Shown here in pieces: positions 9,586-18,987 of a stretch of 64,000 bases of DNA. The DNA comes from Planctomycetota bacterium. Its GTDB lineage: Bacteria > Planctomycetota > UBA8108 > SXIK01. Location: the NCBI GenBank assembly GCA_965223265.1, contig OZ244999.1:6720001-6784000 (forward strand). Reading direction: 5' to 3'. Both the position numbers and the translations under genes were made by a program. The notes beneath the pieces are model-generated. The model saw only the letters and a program-made list of their open reading frames with translations, was not told where the DNA came from and did no database searches. The first letter of the stretch is position 1. Every line of letters begins with the position of its first letter.

Positions 9586-11769
9586 ATGGCGGGAACAAAT
9601 CACACAACCACGACCGACCGCGGCGCTGGAAGCTCCACAGCGAGCCCTTGGTGGGCACGTGTGGCCGATTTGCGTCCGCGGGTGCGGTCTCACGTCCGCC
9701 TCCATCGCCATGAGTATCGAGGTCAGGTCTGGTATGTCCTACAAAACCTGTTCAATTCACGGCACTTTCGACTGCCACCCAACTCCTATCTTCTTCTGGA
9801 GCTGATGAATGGCGTTCGAACAGTTGACGACATCTGGCAGGAAGCGAAGAGTCGCTTAGAAGACGAAGCTCCAAGCCAATCTCAGTGCATCCATCTGCTG
9901 TCGCAGCTTCACGTCGCCGATGCAATGACGTGTGACACGTCGCCCGACATCTCTCAGATGCTCACTCGATTCGAAAAGCGACATCGGCGTAAGTGGCACG
10001 AAGTATTGATGTCACCCCTGTTCTGGAAGCTGCCCTGCTTCGACCCAGAAAAATTTCTAGAAAAGGCCGCACCGTTGGCGAGGCCACTCTTCGCAAAGTG
10101 GGGCTTGCTCGCCTGGATTTCGGTAGTGGGATACGCAGCATCGCTGGTGGTCACCCACTGGCCTGATCTGACGGAGAACATCAGGGATCGAGTCTTTACC
10201 CCACAAAGCCTATTTCTGCTTTGGATTCTCTTCCCGATCTTGAAGACGATCCACGAGTTCGGCCACGCGATCGCCGTCAAGGTGTACGGCGGCGAAGTTC
10301 ACCGCGTCGGACTAATGCTTCTCGTCCTGACGCCGTTGCCATACATCGACGCCTCGGCTGCTTCCACCTTTCGCCGCAAACGAGAACGCGTAATCGTCGG
10401 ACTCGCGGGCATGATGGTCGAGCTTTTCGTTGCATCGATAGCGTTCTTTCTGTGGCTAAACGTCGAAGCCGGTACCGTCAAGACGATCCTCTACAACGTC
10501 ATTCTCCTCGCCGGTGTCACGACGGTCCTTTTCAACATCAACCCACTTCTGCGCTTCGACGGCTACTATGTTCTCTCCGACCTGATCGAAATCCCAAACC
10601 TTCGATCGCGATCGACCCAGTATCTACGCTACTTGATTGAACGCTACGTCTTCGGAGTTCGATTGCCTGCGTTCAATGCGGCCAAGAATGAACGCATGTG
10701 GCTTGTCAGCTACTCCGTTCTCTCGTTTCTCTACCGGATGATGATTCTCACAGGAATCATCATCTTCATCGCCGGGAAGTTCTTCTTCGTCGGCATCCTC
10801 TTGGCACTCTGGGGTTTCTCGTGTTGGATCGCCTGGCCGCTCTGGAAGAGTGGCCGCTACATCTTGACGCATCCCCGTCTCGATGCCGTTCGAGTGCGAG
10901 CTGCAGCGTCGGCGGCGGCAATCTTGCTTGCAGGCATCGTCCTTGTCTGCGCGATTCCTTTCCCCCTTGGTACGTACTGCGAGGGTGTCGTGTGGGTACC
11001 GAACGAGGGCGCCGTTCGTTCGACGGCAGACGGGTTCGTCACTTCGGTGCCGGCCGCTTCCGGGTCGACGGTGACCAAGGGTACGACGCTCATCGTTTGC
11101 GAGGATCCGATCGTCGACACGGGAATCGTGGCTCTTGAGGCAGAGCTTGAGGCACTGCAAGCGGAGTACGACAACGTCTGGAGACACGATCACGCCAAGG
11201 CAAAGATCGTCGATGAGAAGATCTCCCAAATCAAATCTAAGCTCTCCCGACAGATCGAGCGGCGCGCAGACCTCACCGTCGCGGCGCATTGCGACGGCAC
11301 CTTGGTGCTCCCTGTTTCTCAAGATCTCGTAGGGCGTTTCGTGGAGCAGGGAACGCTACTGGGCCACGTGCTCGATCTTGAGCAGGTGAAAGTACGCGTC
11401 GTCGTACCAGAGGGGTCGATCGATCTTGTTCGCGACACAACGAGGGCTGTTGAGCTTCGTCTAGCCGAGCGCGTCGGCGCGACCGTCCCGGCAAAGGTGG
11501 TTCGGGAAGTACCAGCTGTCTCGCAGGAGCTTCCGAGCGTCGCACTCGGAACGAGCGGCGGCGGCAGTATCGCGGTCGACCCTGCAGACGCCAAAGGCCT
11601 CACCGCACTGGATCGGTTCTATCAATTGGAACTCGAATGTGCGACGGCGGGTGGTGTCGTCAACGTCGGTGGCCGGGCGTTCGTACGCTTCGACCACGGC
11701 TGGGAACCGCTCGCGTGGCGCTGGTACCGCAGTGTTCGCCGACTTTTCTTGCGCCGCTTCAGCGTTTAA
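9586..11769 (+). CDS. PqqD/RRE-like + site-2 (M50) metallopeptidase + HlyD-like fusion protein
   Basis: N-terminal LLELMNGVRTVDDIW (PqqD-like), HEFGH and NINPLLRFDG M50 motifs, multiple TMs, C-terminal adaptor hairpin; start uncertain (9556 or 9586). Confidence 0.85.
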   Translation: MAGTNHTTTTDRGAGSSTASPWWARVADLRPRVRSHVRLHRHEYRGQVWYVLQNLFNSRHFRLPPNSYLLLELMNGVRTVDDIWQEAKSRLEDEAPSQSQCIHLLSQLHVADAMTCDTSPDISQMLTRFEKRHRRKWHEVLMSPLFWKLPCFDPEKFLEKAAPLARPLFAKWGLLAWISVVGYAASLVVTHWPDLTENIRDRVFTPQSLFLLWILFPILKTIHEFGHAIAVKVYGGEVHRVGLMLLVLTPLPYIDASAASTFRRKRERVIVGLAGMMVELFVASIAFFLWLNVEAGTVKTILYNVILLAGVTTVLFNINPLLRFDGYYVLSDLIEIPNLRSRSTQYLRYLIERYVFGVRLPAFNAAKNERMWLVSYSVLSFLYRMMILTGIIIFIAGKFFFVGILLALWGFSCWIAWPLWKSGRYILTHPRLDAVRVRAAASAAAILLAGIVLVCAIPFPLGTYCEGVVWVPNEGAVRSTADGFVTSVPAASGSTVTKGTTLIVCEDPIVDTGIVALEAELEALQAEYDNVWRHDHAKAKIVDEKISQIKSKLSRQIERRADLTVAAHCDGTLVLPVSQDLVGRFVEQGTLLGHVLDLEQVKVRVVVPEGSIDLVRDTTRAVELRLAERVGATVPAKVVREVPAVSQELPSVALGTSGGGSIAVDPADAKGLTALDRFYQLELECATAGGVVNVGGRAFVRFDHGWEPLAWRWYRSVRRLFLRRFSV

Positions 11770-11779
11770 GGAACCCCTG

Positions 11780-13501
11780 ATGTTTACCACGCACTTCATA
11801 CCGCGTCCTCTACGAGGCGCCTATGCCGAGCGGTCTCCCGACGAGAGAGTCTTGCGAAGAATTCCGCTCGCACCTCTAGCAACAAAAGCCATCGCCCGCC
11901 TACAGCTTCACAAGGTCAACAGTATCATTCGGCACGTGTTGGAACATGAAGAGACCTTCTACGGCCTCTCCATGGACAAACTTCGATGCGAGATCGCCGC
12001 GACGCGATCCGCCTTACGAAGCGAAGGCATGACCCGTGCCGTCGTTGGCCGCTGTATCGCACTCCACCGCGAGGCATTCACACGCTTGGAGTCACGTCAT
12101 CCTCCGATTTCGCACGCTCTCGCGACACTCGAGTTGCTGCGGGGACGCGCAGTCGAAGTCGATGACCCGTCGGCGCGCCGCTTCGCGGTTCTCGCCGCAA
12201 GCTCGATCGCAGCCCTCGCGGGTGTGCCCGTTCACGTGATTTCCACAACAGACGACGACGCCAAAAGGAATGCAAACGATGCTGAGGAACTCTGCAGCAT
12301 CACTGGGGTGCGAATCGGAACGATCCGTTCCGGTTTGTGTGCTACTGAACGACGCGCAGCGTACGCTCAAGACATCACGTTCGTGGCCGCCGACGAAGTC
12401 GCCCTCGATTCATTGCGAGATCAACAACTTCTCGGCGGTTCGCCGAGCAGGCTTCGCCTGAATCTCGAGAACGTCGCGTCGTCACGACCTCGAGAACGCT
12501 TCCTTCTCCTTCGAGGACTTCACTGCGCCATCATCGACGGTATCGACGATGTCCTCCTGAGTGCGAACGCCAGACCTGTTCAGCTCCACGCGCCGGTCGC
12601 GTCCTCCTCCGAGAGACCCGACAGCTCGGCGAACAGACAGCCGCTTGCGGTGAGCAGCTATCCAGCATTCTTCACGCGATACTTGCAGATTGCGGGCGTC
12701 GGCTCCTCGCTTAGTCAAAGGGTCGACGAGCTCACCGCGAGTTACAATCTCTCTGTAGTCAGTGTAGCTGGCTGCAAAGCTAGAGTGGCGAACGTTACAG
12801 AACGACAAGGTCAGCGCAGGATCTTTCGAAGGGACGGAGACTACTGGCAGGCGCTCGTCGACCGCGTCGGCTCACTCTGCCGTGCCGGCAATAGGCCGAT
12901 CGTCGCCATGGCAACCGTAGAGTCTCTAGACGAGCTCGCCGCCCGCCTGGCGACAACGCACGTCCCCTTCCAGACGCTCCCCATGAGTCGCGAGTCACAA
13001 GGGACACCGTCAAGGAAAGAGTCGGAGCTCACGTCGCGATGCTCAAGTAAGACCGCTGCGGCCATCCTAACGACCGACACGGCGTTGAGCCAAGTGGAGG
13101 TCGCTCGGCTGTCGCAGATCGGAAGCGGTGGAAGCCACCTCATCACCACTTACTGCGGCGGCGCGGCAACGGCACGGCGATTCTTTCACCGACTGCCGCG
13201 AACGGAACAACCCATCGTTCACGAGGAGTACCTGTCGTGCGAGAGCGAACTCGCCCTGGCGAAGCTTCCGTGGTGGTGTCGATTGCTGGAGCGCTCGCCT
13301 CGGCTGCAGCGACAACTCTGGGTAGGGAGGGTTCTTCTTTGGTCGGCGCAAAAACGATCCGAACGTCTTGCCCGCGCCATGCGACGCCGAACGGCGCGCC
13401 AAAGTGACCTTCTCCAAGAGCAAGTGAAACAAACACTCGCGTTCTCCGGAACCTACACAAAACCACAAACGCGACCAGACCCGTCTATCGCGAAACGGTA
13501 G
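11780..13501 (+). CDS. Degenerate SecA_DEAD-like protein (probable pseudo-ATPase)
   Basis: SecA-like segments VHVISTTDDDAKRNA, RRAAYAQDITF..DSLRD, AFFTRY and C-terminal LAFSG; Walker A and DEAD motifs substituted; AAGGA RBS before ATG 11780. Confidence 0.75.
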   Translation: MFTTHFIPRPLRGAYAERSPDERVLRRIPLAPLATKAIARLQLHKVNSIIRHVLEHEETFYGLSMDKLRCEIAATRSALRSEGMTRAVVGRCIALHREAFTRLESRHPPISHALATLELLRGRAVEVDDPSARRFAVLAASSIAALAGVPVHVISTTDDDAKRNANDAEELCSITGVRIGTIRSGLCATERRAAYAQDITFVAADEVALDSLRDQQLLGGSPSRLRLNLENVASSRPRERFLLLRGLHCAIIDGIDDVLLSANARPVQLHAPVASSSERPDSSANRQPLAVSSYPAFFTRYLQIAGVGSSLSQRVDELTASYNLSVVSVAGCKARVANVTERQGQRRIFRRDGDYWQALVDRVGSLCRAGNRPIVAMATVESLDELAARLATTHVPFQTLPMSRESQGTPSRKESELTSRCSSKTAAAILTTDTALSQVEVARLSQIGSGGSHLITTYCGGAATARRFFHRLPRTEQPIVHEEYLSCESELALAKLPWWCRLLERSPRLQRQLWVGRVLLWSAQKRSERLARAMRRRTARQSDLLQEQVKQTLAFSGTYTKPQTRPDPSIAKR

Positions 13502-13526
13502 TCCAACAAAAGATCGGGACAAGACC

Positions 13527-14414
13527 ATGCTGCAACGATTCACCTCCAACCCTCTAGCGCCTCCCCTACTGAAGAGAGTTTCGCGCCGCGTAAAGCTAGC
13601 CCTGCCTCTCGCTCTCGCCGTCGTGCTGACGGGACTGAGAAGCCAGGGTGACGAGCCAGGGCAACGCCTCACAGAGTTCGACGGGGTGACGGAGCCCTCG
13701 CAAGAAGTCCTCGTCGCCGCCGCTGCGGATGGACTGATCGCATCGATCGAAGTCGATCGTGGCAGCACGGTGGCGAAGGGACAGATCGTTGCGACGCTCG
13801 AGTCGAGCGTTCAAGCAACACTTTTAGACGTCGCCGAAGCACGAACAGAGTTGACTGCCGATCTCAGACGACAGGAGGCGAGCCTCGAATTCCACCGACT
13901 GAAGGAGCAGCGGGATGAACGCCTTTTCCAAAAAGGAATCATCTCTGATCAGGTCTTCGCCCAAAGCCATCGCGATCGACGCCTGGCCGAAGCGAACCTG
14001 CTCCAAGCCGAAGAAGATTTGCGTCTCGCCAAGCTCGAGAGAGATCACGCTCAGGCAAGGTTGACCCAGCGAACCATCCGCAGTCCTCTCGACGGCGTCG
14101 TGGTGGAGCGTCTTATGTCACCTGGCGAACTGGTCACTCAAGGTCGCAACGCAGAGATTCTGAAAGTTGCGCAGATCAATCCTCTCCACGTCGAAGTCAT
14201 TCTCCCGGTTGAGATCTTCGGCTCCGTCGAGGTTGGAATGCTGGCTGAGATTCGACTTGATTCTTCTGCCGACACTCACCCGGCGGCTGTCACTGTTGTC
14301 GATCGCGTCGTCGACGCCGCCAGTGGCACGTTCGGAATCAGGCTCGAGCTCGCCAACGAAAACGGTGATATACCGGCCGGAGTCAAATGTCGCGTTCGAC
14401 TGGTGCGGGAATGA
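13527..14414 (+). CDS. Efflux RND-type periplasmic adaptor subunit
   Basis: AAADGLIASIEVDRG, coiled coil, IRSPLDGVV, VDAASGTF, PAGVKC. Confidence 0.85.
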   Translation: MLQRFTSNPLAPPLLKRVSRRVKLALPLALAVVLTGLRSQGDEPGQRLTEFDGVTEPSQEVLVAAAADGLIASIEVDRGSTVAKGQIVATLESSVQATLLDVAEARTELTADLRRQEASLEFHRLKEQRDERLFQKGIISDQVFAQSHRDRRLAEANLLQAEEDLRLAKLERDHAQARLTQRTIRSPLDGVVVERLMSPGELVTQGRNAEILKVAQINPLHVEVILPVEIFGSVEVGMLAEIRLDSSADTHPAAVTVVDRVVDAASGTFGIRLELANENGDIPAGVKCRVRLVRE

Positions 14415-16159
14415 CCATCGTCTCCCCCCGCCTTCCCACCACTGAACCCACGAACCGTTTGGTCTACCTCACGAACGCGCGGAGAACCTGTCTGGATGCG
14501 TCCGTGAGCCGCCTGACGCTGCTGTGGGCAACTCTCTGCCTGGGCCTCGCGACGCAGCATAGCGACGCCGCGCCACGCAGCAGCGCGAAATCGACGGCGA
14601 TTGCGCCGAAAGACATGTCATCGTCTGTCGACGTCGCAACGCGATCGAGCGGCGCACAAGCGGAGAAGGCGATCATAGAGATTTCCGTCGAGGAAGCGAT
14701 TCGCATGGCACTCGCGAATAGCTTTGACGTCAAAATCGCTTCGACCGGCCACAGAATTCGACAGCGCGAAGTGGCGATCGAGAGAGCCGAGTTCGACCCT
14801 TTCTTCTTCGGAGGTACGGACTACTCCAAGAATCGCAAGCCGACAGCCAGCTTTCTTGATGTAGGCAATACCGCACTTCAAGGCGTCACGAATAACCCGT
14901 TCGAGACGTGGAGCTACCACGTTGGCATCGGCGGAAAGTCCTGGCTGGGAACGCTCTACAGTGTGGAGCTGCGCCACTCAGCCCTCGATCAACCACTGGC
15001 CAACCAAACAATCTTCGGCATCAACCCGCAGGAACAGGTCACCGCGACATTTGAGGTCACACAGCCCCTCCTACGTGGAGGTTGGCAGCAGTACAACTCT
15101 GCGCGAATCCGCATCGCCGCAAACGACGAGCAGATCTCGCAGCACGACCTGAAGCACCGCGCTACCGAAATCCTATACTCCGTCGAAGTCACCTATTGGC
15201 GACTTAGCTATGCAATCAAGAACTACGAGTCGAAGCAAAAAGCTCTTCAAGCGACGAACGACTACCTCGCGATCGTACGGACAGCTCACGAGGCTGGCGC
15301 CATGTCTGTCAGCGATTTGCTGTCCGCGAAGAGCCAACTGGCGCTGCGCAAAGTAGAACTCAACGAAAGCCTTGTTCTCGTTCGCGACACACGCGATCGG
15401 CTGCTTCTTTTGGTCAATCGCGGCGGCGGCGAAGAATCGCTCAAGGAAAAGTGGCGCAACGGCGTTCTCGAACCGACCTTTGACGACGTCTGGGTCATCC
15501 CGACGTCGGAACCTGACACGACTCCGATGTCACCGAGCCGAACTCAGTCTCTCGAAATCGCATTCGATCAGCGCGCCGACTACAGACAACTACTTCTCCA
15601 CGACAAAAGCCATCGAGTCGGTGCTCAAGTAGCAAAGAACGAGTCGCTCCCGGATCTCAACGCCCTGTTTCGGTGGCAACAATTCGGCCTTGACGACGAC
15701 TTCGGTGCGTCGTATTCCTCGCTGGGTGACGGGGACTTTTACGGCTGGACGGTTGGGGTGGAGCTTCGATTTCCGCTCTTCAATCGCGGCCCCAAGGAGC
15801 GTTACTGGCAAGCTCTCGACCGGATCTCTGAGACCAATCTCCGACGCAGAAAGCTGGAGAATCAAATCGTCGCACAAGTCGACCAGAGCATTCGCAACCT
15901 CGCGGCGATCCAGGAGAGGCTGGCGGATTTGGCCGAACGGGTCGAGCTTCAAAACGAGCTTCTGCAGCAAGAGCGCGACAAGCTCCAGCTCGGAAACGCG
16001 ACCGTCTACAACATCACGCTGATGGAAAACGATTTGTTAGAAAGCGAGGCTCTCTCGCTTCGAGCAAAGTCAGAATATCAGGCGGCGAAGGCCGACTACG
16101 CACGAGCGATTGGCACACTACTCTCTGATCGCGGCGTTGAAACAATGGGGACCGAGTAA
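14411..16159 (+). CDS. TolC-family outer membrane channel
   Basis: EEAIRMALANS, VTQPLLRG, SLPDLN, ELRFPLFNRG, alternating helical/beta OEP pattern; ATGA overlap with upstream adaptor. Confidence 0.85.
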   Translation: MTIVSPRLPTTEPTNRLVYLTNARRTCLDASVSRLTLLWATLCLGLATQHSDAAPRSSAKSTAIAPKDMSSSVDVATRSSGAQAEKAIIEISVEEAIRMALANSFDVKIASTGHRIRQREVAIERAEFDPFFFGGTDYSKNRKPTASFLDVGNTALQGVTNNPFETWSYHVGIGGKSWLGTLYSVELRHSALDQPLANQTIFGINPQEQVTATFEVTQPLLRGGWQQYNSARIRIAANDEQISQHDLKHRATEILYSVEVTYWRLSYAIKNYESKQKALQATNDYLAIVRTAHEAGAMSVSDLLSAKSQLALRKVELNESLVLVRDTRDRLLLLVNRGGGEESLKEKWRNGVLEPTFDDVWVIPTSEPDTTPMSPSRTQSLEIAFDQRADYRQLLLHDKSHRVGAQVAKNESLPDLNALFRWQQFGLDDDFGASYSSLGDGDFYGWTVGVELRFPLFNRGPKERYWQALDRISETNLRRRKLENQIVAQVDQSIRNLAAIQERLADLAERVELQNELLQQERDKLQLGNATVYNITLMENDLLESEALSLRAKSEYQAAKADYARAIGTLLSDRGVETMGTE

Positions 16160-16242
16160 CCCTCGACTCTGACGAGAATCGTCGGTTAATATGGGTTATC
16201 CGTAGATTGAATACCCCCATCCATCCGTAGGAGGAGCGCGGG

Positions 16243-17535
16243 ATGGCGACGGAAATCCGCATGCCGCAGTTGGGCGAGAGCATTGCCGAGGCGACTCTGG
16301 TCCGATGGTTCAAATCGGCTGGGGAGTTCATCGAACGAGATGAGCCGCTCTTCGAGGTTTCCACCGACAAAGTCGACACGGAGGTGCCTTCGACAACGAG
16401 CGGCTACCTGAGTCGCATCCTCGTCGAGGAGGGAGAGACGGTGGCGGTGAACACCGTCGTCTGCGTCTTGTCCCAGACTCCGGAGGAACCTCAAGGCAAA
16501 GGTGGGCAAGACGAGACGAAGTCTCACGGCCAAAGTGACGTCGCAGTCGGAGCAGTCCCCGCCAGCGCAGCGACGGCGGCGGCTACAACGTCGCCGGGTT
16601 CGAGTCTGACGTCGTCCGCGACGATCGAATCGTTTCCGAAGACGCCGGAATCGGAACTCAAGGAACGCTTACGGGCCAAGTCGTCACCACTCGTGCGCCG
16701 TCTGGCGGCCGAGCACGGCATAGACCTTTCGACCCTCCGCGGCACGGGAATTCACGGGCGCGTGACGAAGAAGGACTTGCTCGCTCACTTGGCAAGGACT
16801 GATACGAAATCATCAACTGGTGATTCGCCGACTTCGGGCGATCGTGTCGAGCCTCTGTCGCCGATGCGTCGGCAGATCGCTGAGCACATGGTTCTGAGTC
16901 GACGCACGTCGGCTCATGTGACAACCGTTTTCGAGGTGGACATGTCTCGCGTCAGAGCGGCGCGCGATAGTCTCCGCCCTCTCATGCAGGAGAGATGGGG
17001 CACTAAACTGAACGATCTGGCAATCATTTTGAAGATCGTCGCCGAAGGCCTGCAAGCCTTTCCGATCTTAAATGCGTCCCTCGAAGAAGGACAGATCCGC
17101 TACCACGGCAACGTCAACATCGGTGTTGCCGTAGCCGTCGAGCATGGCTTGCTGGTCCCAGTTGTGCGTGACGTCGATCGCCAGGCGTTAGCCGAGGTGT
17201 CGCGGACGGTGGAAGACCTCGCCGGGCGGGCGCGCACGAAGAAACTGAAGCCTGACGAGGTGCACGGCGGAACCTTCACGGTCACGAATCCAGGGGCCTT
17301 TGGGGCGATCATCGGAACACCGATCATCCATCAACCGCAGGTCGGGATTCTCTGCGTCGGCAAGATTGAAAAGCGGCCCGTAGTTCTTCCCGAATCGGAC
17401 GCGATCGCCGTGCGCACGATGGCCTATCTGAGCCTCAGCTACGACCATCGACTCATCGATGGTGTCACGGCGGATCAGTTCCTCGCGACGCTCAAAGATC
17501 GAATGGAAACGACGACCCCCGCTGATTGGGCATAG
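16243..17535 (+). CDS. 2-oxoacid dehydrogenase E2, dihydrolipoamide acyltransferase (SucB-like)
   Basis: Lipoyl motif STDKVDTEVPS, E3-binding GTGIHGRVTKKD, catalytic YDHRLIDG; strong GGAGGAG RBS. Confidence 0.92.
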   Translation: MATEIRMPQLGESIAEATLVRWFKSAGEFIERDEPLFEVSTDKVDTEVPSTTSGYLSRILVEEGETVAVNTVVCVLSQTPEEPQGKGGQDETKSHGQSDVAVGAVPASAATAAATTSPGSSLTSSATIESFPKTPESELKERLRAKSSPLVRRLAAEHGIDLSTLRGTGIHGRVTKKDLLAHLARTDTKSSTGDSPTSGDRVEPLSPMRRQIAEHMVLSRRTSAHVTTVFEVDMSRVRAARDSLRPLMQERWGTKLNDLAIILKIVAEGLQAFPILNASLEEGQIRYHGNVNIGVAVAVEHGLLVPVVRDVDRQALAEVSRTVEDLAGRARTKKLKPDEVHGGTFTVTNPGAFGAIIGTPIIHQPQVGILCVGKIEKRPVVLPESDAIAVRTMAYLSLSYDHRLIDGVTADQFLATLKDRMETTTPADWA

Positions 17536-17577
17536 TGCATACTGGGCGTCTTCAGCGAAACAGTTTTTGCCGACAAC

Positions 17578-18735
17578 ATGACTGAATCCAACCACCGCAA
17601 GCCTCGTGTCATCATCGGCGACAGCCACTCGGTCACCGACCTCTACTACGCGACTCAGTTCGAGGTGACAGGGCCGGTGGTCTACGTCGAACTCAATGGA
17701 CAAAAGCTCCTCTTGGTGAACGACCTGGAATACGGCCGAGCCAAGAGCGAAGCACGCGTCGATGAAGTCGTCTCGACAACACCCTATGAAAACGCCCTGC
17801 ACGCAGAGTCAAAAGCACCAACTCTCGTCAATCTTCTCCACGTCTTCTTGAAAGAAAAGGTTGGAGGAGGCGGGAATGGCGCTTCGCCGGTGCAGATCAC
17901 TGTCCCCACAGGATTTCCAATTGGTTACGCTGACAGTCTCCGCGACCTCGGCTACAAACTTGAGGTTCAGACCGATCCGTTCATCCCGGAACGCTCAGTC
18001 AAAACGGCCACGGAGATTGAGCTCATCGAATCGGCCCAGGCGCACGCTGAATCTGCGATGTCGCTGGCAGTCGACATCATCGGCGCGGCGGAAATCCGTG
18101 GTAACGCGCTATGGCGAGACGACGAACCGCTGACCGCTGAACACGTCCGGCGCGAGATGCAAAAACTCCTGCTCGACCGTGACTGCGAAGCCTCTGGAAT
18201 CATCGTCGCCGGTGGTGACCAAGGTGCCGATCCGCACCAACGCGGGTTCGGGCCACTGCCCGCGAACGACACGATCATCATCGACGTCTTTCCACATTCG
18301 ATGACGAATTTTTACTGGGGTGACATGACTCGTACGGTCGTGAGAGGGAGAGCGTCGGCCGAGGCGCATGGTATCTACGAAGCAGTCCTCGGTGCCCAGG
18401 AACTCGCGATCTCGCTCGTCAAGCATGGCGCGAGTGGCGTCGACATCCACTCCGCCGTTGTCGAGCACTTCGAACGGAGCGGTCACAAGACCGGTGAAGA
18501 GAACGGCAAGAAAGTCGGCTTCATTCACGGCACGGGCCACGGTGTCGGACTCGACATTCATGAGCTGCCCCGCGTTGGTCGGCTCGGCTCGCAGCTCGCA
18601 GCCGGGCAAGTCGTGACAATTGAACCCGGCCTCTATTACCCCGGTGTCGGCTCGGTGCGTTTAGAAGACATCGTGATCGTCACCGAGAACGGCTGTCGCA
18701 ATCTCAATCGCTTCCCGAAGGTTCTTGAGATCTAG
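17578..18735 (+). CDS. Xaa-Pro aminopeptidase family (M24) protein
   Basis: GDMTRT, HGTGHGVGLDIHE, TIEPGLY, RLED metal-binding motifs. Confidence 0.92.
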   Translation: MTESNHRKPRVIIGDSHSVTDLYYATQFEVTGPVVYVELNGQKLLLVNDLEYGRAKSEARVDEVVSTTPYENALHAESKAPTLVNLLHVFLKEKVGGGGNGASPVQITVPTGFPIGYADSLRDLGYKLEVQTDPFIPERSVKTATEIELIESAQAHAESAMSLAVDIIGAAEIRGNALWRDDEPLTAEHVRREMQKLLLDRDCEASGIIVAGGDQGADPHQRGFGPLPANDTIIIDVFPHSMTNFYWGDMTRTVVRGRASAEAHGIYEAVLGAQELAISLVKHGASGVDIHSAVVEHFERSGHKTGEENGKKVGFIHGTGHGVGLDIHELPRVGRLGSQLAAGQVVTIEPGLYYPGVGSVRLEDIVIVTENGCRNLNRFPKVLEI

Positions 18736-18987
18736 CTGGGAGTTTGGCCACTCAGCACCGAAGTGGCAAGCACTTCGTTTGCGTGAGCGCGGGCGTGCGG
18801 CCGGCACAAGTTTTCGCTAGAACGGCTCGGAAACCCTTGTCCTACGGCTCGATCTCGGTTGTGGAACCCGGTGCCCTTGCTACTTGACCGCCCTCGCACA
18901 CGCAGACGCGCACCGACGTGAAGCGCTTCTCTTTCGCGAGCCAATCGATCTGAGGTCCGGCGAAGCGCAGCGCGCGACATCACTCGA

